This document shows positions 55,600 to 64,000 of a stretch of 64,000 bases of DNA, piece after piece. The notes below the pieces were generated by a model, which saw only the letters and a list, made by a program, of their open reading frames with translations, did not search any database and was not told the origin of the DNA. Source of the DNA: the human T2T-CHM13v2.0 reference genome, Homo sapiens; assembly GCF_009914755.1 (NCBI RefSeq), contig NC_060944.1, one strand, 5' to 3'. Within the stretch, counting starts at the first letter, position 1, and each line of letters begins with the position of its first letter. The translations under genes were made by a program, and so were the position numbers.

Positions 55600-56547
55600 C
55601 AAGGGTCAGCAAACTTTTTCTGTAAAGGGCTCAGTAGTAAATATGCTAGGCTTTGAGGGCCACATACAGTCTTATTTTTTTAAACAAACCTTGAAATATG
55701 TAAAAAGAAATCCTTAGCCCATGGACGGTACAAAAACAGTTTGTGGATATCACTTACCACTTATACGCCTGCTAGGTTGGCTATAATTTTTTAAAAAAGG
55801 AAAATAGAGAGTTGGTGAGAATGTGGAGAAATTGGAACTCTCATACACTACTGGTGAGAATGTAAAATGGCATGTCCTTTATGGAAAATAGTTTGGCAGT
55901 TCCTCCAGAAATTAACATAGAATTACCATGTTACCCAGCAATTCTACGTGCAATAGGAATATGTGCAAAAGAATTGAGAACAGATGTTCAAACAAAAGCT
56001 TGTCCATGAATGTTCACAGTAGCACTGCTCACAATAGCCAAAAGGTGAAGCAAACCCGAGTGTTCATCAACAAATGAATAAACAAAATGTGGTATTTCTG
56101 TGTAATGGAATATTACACAGCCATAGAAAGAAAGGAATGAAATAGTGATTCATCTTACAACATGGATAAACCTGGAAAATATTATGTTAAGTGAAAGAAG
56201 CCACACACAAAACAATGGTTCGCATTTATATGAAATATCCAGAATAGGCACATCCACAGAGACAGAAGCAGGTCGGTGGTTGCCAGAGGTTGGAGGGAGC
56301 ACAGAACAGAGAGTGATTGCTTAATAGATATGGAGTTTTCTTTAAATATGGAACTAGACAGTGATGATTGTGGTACAACACTGGGAATGTACTAAATGTC
56401 ACTGAATTATACAGCTTAAAATAGTTAAGGTGGCAAATTTTATGTTTTGTGTATTTGACCACAATTAAAATAAACAAAGAGAAAATATAATATTTTTAAA
56501 AGGCCATGGGATGCATTTGACTAATGTGTTGTAGTTTAACAATGCTG
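55600..56547 (+). mobile_element. MER58 (B/C-like) inserted in MER3 and itself interrupted by L1MB
   Basis: Left end 'caagggtcagcaaactttttctgtaaaggg'; right end 'tgtagtttaacaatgctg'; degenerate 8-bp TSD ctctatat / ttctctat. Confidence 0.7.
55747..56495 (+). mobile_element. L1MB-type 3' fragment
   Basis: 'ggtgagaatgtggagaaattggaactctcatac' ... 'ggcaaattttatgttttgtgtatttgaccacaattaaaa'. Confidence 0.85.
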
Positions 56548-56620
56548 TTCTCTATCTTCACCATCCACTAGTAGCCAACTCTTGCTCCATGTACTATTGA
56601 TCACTTGAAAACTGTGACCA

Positions 56621-56945
<325 letters not shown>

Positions 56946-56989
56946 CTAGTGTATTGGATAGCATGACTGCAGAAAACTGAATAACTGAA

Positions 56990-59701
<2,712 letters not shown>

Positions 59702-59775
59702 TGATGTTTAAAAGAATGAATACAATTTACATTTTTCTGAACAGATTAAAAAATCTTAATTAAAACCGTGATTAG

Positions 59776-60065
59776 GTTCTGGGCGAGGTGCTCATGCCTG
59801 TAATCCCAGCACTTTGGATGGCCGAGGCAGGCAGATCACCTGAGGTTGGGAGTTCGAGACCAGCCTGGCCAACATGTTGAAACCCCGTTTCTACTAAAAA
59901 TACAAAAATTAGCCAGGCCTGGTGGCACACGTCTGTAATCCCCGCTACTTGGAAGGCTGACACACGAGGATCACTTGAACCTGGAAGGCAGAGGTTCTAG
60001 TGAGCTGAGATCATGCCACTGCACTCCAGCCTGCGTGACAGAGTGAGACTCGGTCTTAAAAAAAA
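59776..60065 (+). mobile_element. AluS (Sq/Sx-like)
   Basis: Full body; TSD aaaac(c/a)gtgatt. Confidence 0.92.
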
Positions 60066-61103
60066 AAAACAGTGATTGGGGTAGGGTAGGGGATATGAAT
60101 AATAATATTGATTGAAGAATAATTAAACAGAATGGACACATATTAGGTGGCAAGATAAAGAAATGTTTTCAAAGCATTTCTTCTACATAAGCTCTTGGCT
60201 CAGAATATAGTATAGGTAAGGTCACAGAAAACTCATTGCGCAGTGTCACATTCTTTTTATGTCCTGAAATGTGAATTTTTTGAGATATGACATTTGAGCT
60301 ATATATTTTGGATCCCTACTGGTAGGCTTGGGATACATTAAGTCCTCAGTGAATACTTGTTGAATGAGTGAAGTAATCAGTGGAGGCCTGCTACTGATAA
60401 ATATTACTTCGAAAAATTTTTGGACAGCTGTTGCCAATCTTTGAACCATTGTCATTTACTTTCATGTATCTTCCTCCTTTCTTTGTTCATGTTATTCCTC
60501 TGTTGGTACAGCCTTCCTTTGGAAGGGTAAATTTTGCTTGTCCCTCACTACTTGGTTTAGACATCACTTTATTTTAGAAAGGTCCCTTTTCCAAATCTTC
60601 TTCCACACTAACCTCGCCAGGTATCCTTTCTCTATATCCCAATAGTATCCTGCACTTGACTGTATAACACAGATACTATTTGTGCAATTAGTTTTCTTCC
60701 TAATGAGACCATATGGTTCTTGGAGGACCATGACTATGTTATATTAATCTTCCAACTCCCAGCATAAACAATGAAATCTAGGAATTTGGAAGGACTCAAA
60801 ATTGTTGAACACTGCATAATTGATAGGTCCATTTTGTTATAATAGCCATCTCCCCTCTACCATGTTTTGCAAGATTCTGTGTAACAAAACAAGCTATGCT
60901 GATTATGAAATAGTAATTTTATTCTTCATTTTTTATCAACTAAAATATACGTAACTATCAGAGTTTTTGATAAGGATAGGAAATCAGAAATTCCAAAGGA
61001 TGTGATAAAAATCTTGCCTGTGCAGCTTTGTAGTGGGGAATGCACAAATTTTGCAACATTTTTTTCTGAAACGTTGACTCAAGGGAATATGACTTGATAG
61101 ATA

Positions 61104-61183
61104 TTAGGTTGGTGCAAACAAAATTGTGGTTTTTGCCATTAAAAGTAATGGCAAAAGCCACAACTACATTTGCACCAACCTAA
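61104..61183. mobile_element. MADE1 (Hsmar1-derived 80-bp MITE)
   Basis: ttaggttggtgcaaa...tttgcaccaacctaa, 80 bp, central 'ttttgccattaaaagtaatggcaaaa', TA on both sides. Confidence 0.93.
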
Positions 61184-62509
61184 TAGAGTTGTAGGCTCTA
61201 GATTTAGAGTTTCTTTTTCTTTTCTTTGTAATTTTTGTTGCTTGTATTAGGAAACAAAATATGCAAAAGTAGAGAAAATACTATACAGACACCAGCATTT
61301 TGCCTTTTTTTTTTTTTTCCTGCAGAGTTCTCTTTATTTTCAGAAATGAAGTCATTATGGTTTGTCTTGTCTTTCACGTCTTCCCTTCCCTGCCTCAGTC
61401 TCCAGTATGGCTAGGCATGACAGTGGTACTAATCTTGTCTTTGGTTAAATTTTGATTTTTTGTTCATCCTGGATCTTTTTGTGCCTTAATATTGATTTGT
61501 GAAACTTTAGTTTCTGATTGATCCATGTTTTCTACTCATTAGCTGTTTAACCATTGGATTACTTATACTTTAGGCAGCGTTATCACCCAAAAAAATCTAG
61601 CCAAGAAAAGCAAACTGTGAGGTATTTCCAAGGCATGGTAATCATGACGTTCTCTTAAAGCATCAGGCCTGAATCCATGGCCTGGCTGCATATGTTAAAG
61701 TGCTGAGGTATGTTTTCTGTCTGTTCCCACATCTCAAGAGAGAACTCCCAGCCACAGACAGTGCCTGGATCCCTTTTCTAAGGAAACTTTTTCCTTTCCT
61801 TCATCAAAGTTTCCTATACATTAAGCTGCATATACCCCATTGTTCTGGAAAAGACAAGCCAAAAAAAAAAAGATTATTTCTTGGAAGATGCTCTGAACTT
61901 CTAGAGAATCAGTTCTTTCCATTTGGAGCTGACCTTCAGGTCTCAGCCTCTGTTTCTTTTCATGTGCCTCTTTTCTCCTGAGTTCTAGAGATTTCTTGGG
62001 TAACGACCCTATATAAAGAAACACAGTAAGTGTATTTAGTTGTTGCTGTGGGACAGTCACTGTGGCAGGCAATTTTCATATCTTATGTTATTTACTCCCT
62101 GTAAGGAGGTAGTGCTTATAACTTCCATTTTTGGGTTTGGGGAAACTGGATTTCACAGTGGTTAAGTAATATGTTAAATATTGCACAGGGAGGAACAGAA
62201 CTGGAAGGCCAAAGTATTTTAACATTTTGCTCCTTTTTGCAGATACTTGAGATCCATTAAAGAATCTAGAGAGTGAAATAACAGAACTGGAGCTCTTGTT
62301 TAGAAAGATGATTCTGGTGGAATATGGAGGATGGAATATGGAGACAAGGGTGTTATGATTCACACAAGAGATCATGACCACTGAATTAAGTCAGCAGCAG
62401 TAAGACAGTGGATAAGAGATATGTGAAGGTGGAGGATATAGATTCATGCAGCATCTTTTTGGAGAAGCTGGTTGATTCTTTGGTCATTGCCAGCAAAGTC
62501 ATTTGAATA

Positions 62510-62750
62510 GGAAAGGCCTTGGAATCACAAAGACCTGGGCACAAATCTTCCCCTCTTCAACTTCCTTGCTGTAGGACCTCAGACAAGTTATATATTTTTT
62601 TTCTGAATATCAATTTCATTCTTTGTAAAAATAAGGATAATAATAATTTTGTTTCCTCATGACGTGGTGAAAATTAAACAAGATGGATAATACATGTAAA
62701 TTCTTTACATAATTGATCTCTGGTAAGCTATTGCTATTATAATTACTTTA
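62510..62750 (+). mobile_element. MIR
   Basis: 'ggccttggaatcacaaagacctgggcacaaatc...gctgtaggacctcagacaagtta...tgtaaaaataaggataataata'. Confidence 0.7.
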
Positions 62751-63791
62751 TTATTATTAGTGGAAGAATTGAAGGAGGGTTAGGTTGATGGCAACCACAG
62801 GGAGGGAAGGCCAGAACTTGATGGGATACTTGATGTTTTCTTCTCTTAGGCAACAGTTATGGGAAATAGGGAAGAAGAAGTTATACAGAGAATGCAGCAG
62901 AGACAGGATAAACTGAAGGAGAACAAGCTGGTGACCTGGCTGGTTCCACTGTCTAGGGCAAGGCAATCAGCAGGTGTTCTAGGCAGTCTTTCCTGACCAC
63001 TGGTTTGAATCCTCCATACTCCTGCATTTAGCTTTCCTCCTCTCCTTACTTTTGGAGATCTGATGCCCAAGTTTCAGATTTTTCTTTTTCCTGGACTCCC
63101 AATGCTGTTTTTCCTTCTCCCCACCCAGTTTCTTCCCTCAGTTCTCCTGAAGTCTTCAAGGCCCATCCACCTGGTTTTCTTTGTTCAACATTTCACTGGC
63201 ATTCAATCCAAAGATATTTAAGAGGCATCAACTGCGTTGCAGGCAGGAGGAAGGAATTCTCTGAGCCCCATGGAGCTCACTTTCTCTAGAAAGATATGTC
63301 ACATTCTCTCCACTATGCTCAACATTGCCTGGTGTCTGTTTCAAAAACTGCCAGAGCCACTGATTTCAGAAGTGGGGGATCTTCAGAGGAGGGAAGGGAA
63401 ATGAAAAGTAGAAACTTCTATTCATAGGCTTAACAAGACTTTGTTACTGCACACTATATACCAGGCACCCTGCTAGGAAGCAGAGGCCTAGAGATGAAAT
63501 AAAGTAGCTGTAAGTTTGCTGCTCTCAGAAAATCACATTCTATTGGAAGAAACAGACAAATATTAATAAACAGATTAATAAAGTAATTACAAACTGTGGA
63601 GCATATAAAAGGCTGGGGCAAAGAGAATAAAAGGGGTCAGGGTTTGCAATCTGCTCTCCTTACACTGGGTGGTAGCTGTGAGAGTTTGGCCAAATGCAAA
63701 TATTTGCTTTCCAGGTCTTCATACCAAAGAATAGGTGGGAAACACTAGACCAATGGACTTTAGTATTTTTTAATACACCTTTTATTTTTGA

Positions 63792-64000
<209 letters not shown>

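Overview
Primate (human-like) genomic DNA, intergenic or intronic. I see no intact protein-coding gene, tRNA or rRNA gene, or CpG island. Much of the window is transposable elements: about 15 Alus, young and old L1s, L2, MIR, MaLR/ERVL/ERV1 LTRs, an ERVL proviral remnant, and MER3/MER47/MER58/MER63/MADE1 DNA elements. The main hidden feature is an ancient, heavily decayed processed pseudogene of cTAGE5 (MIA2; TANGO1-like ER-exit-site cargo receptor) at about 13540-18000 (+). It is split into four pieces by three TSD-flanked insertions (AluSp, L1MB-type, L1PA11-13-type). It appears to copy the isoform that skips the ~129-nt exon after 'NTAFGR', and the L1MB insertion implies it is much older than the primate CTAGE retrogene expansion. 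The window also holds many local copy events: three short dispersed duplications 1.8-3 kb apart (122, ~180 and 37 bp), a perfect 63-bp tandem duplication, a 3x40-bp minisatellite and a nested AT-rich palindrome cluster. There are several candidate cis-regulatory segments, two head-to-head inverted Alu pairs and a MADE1 hairpin. Repeat subfamily names and parent-protein comparisons come from recalled consensus sequences, not database searches.
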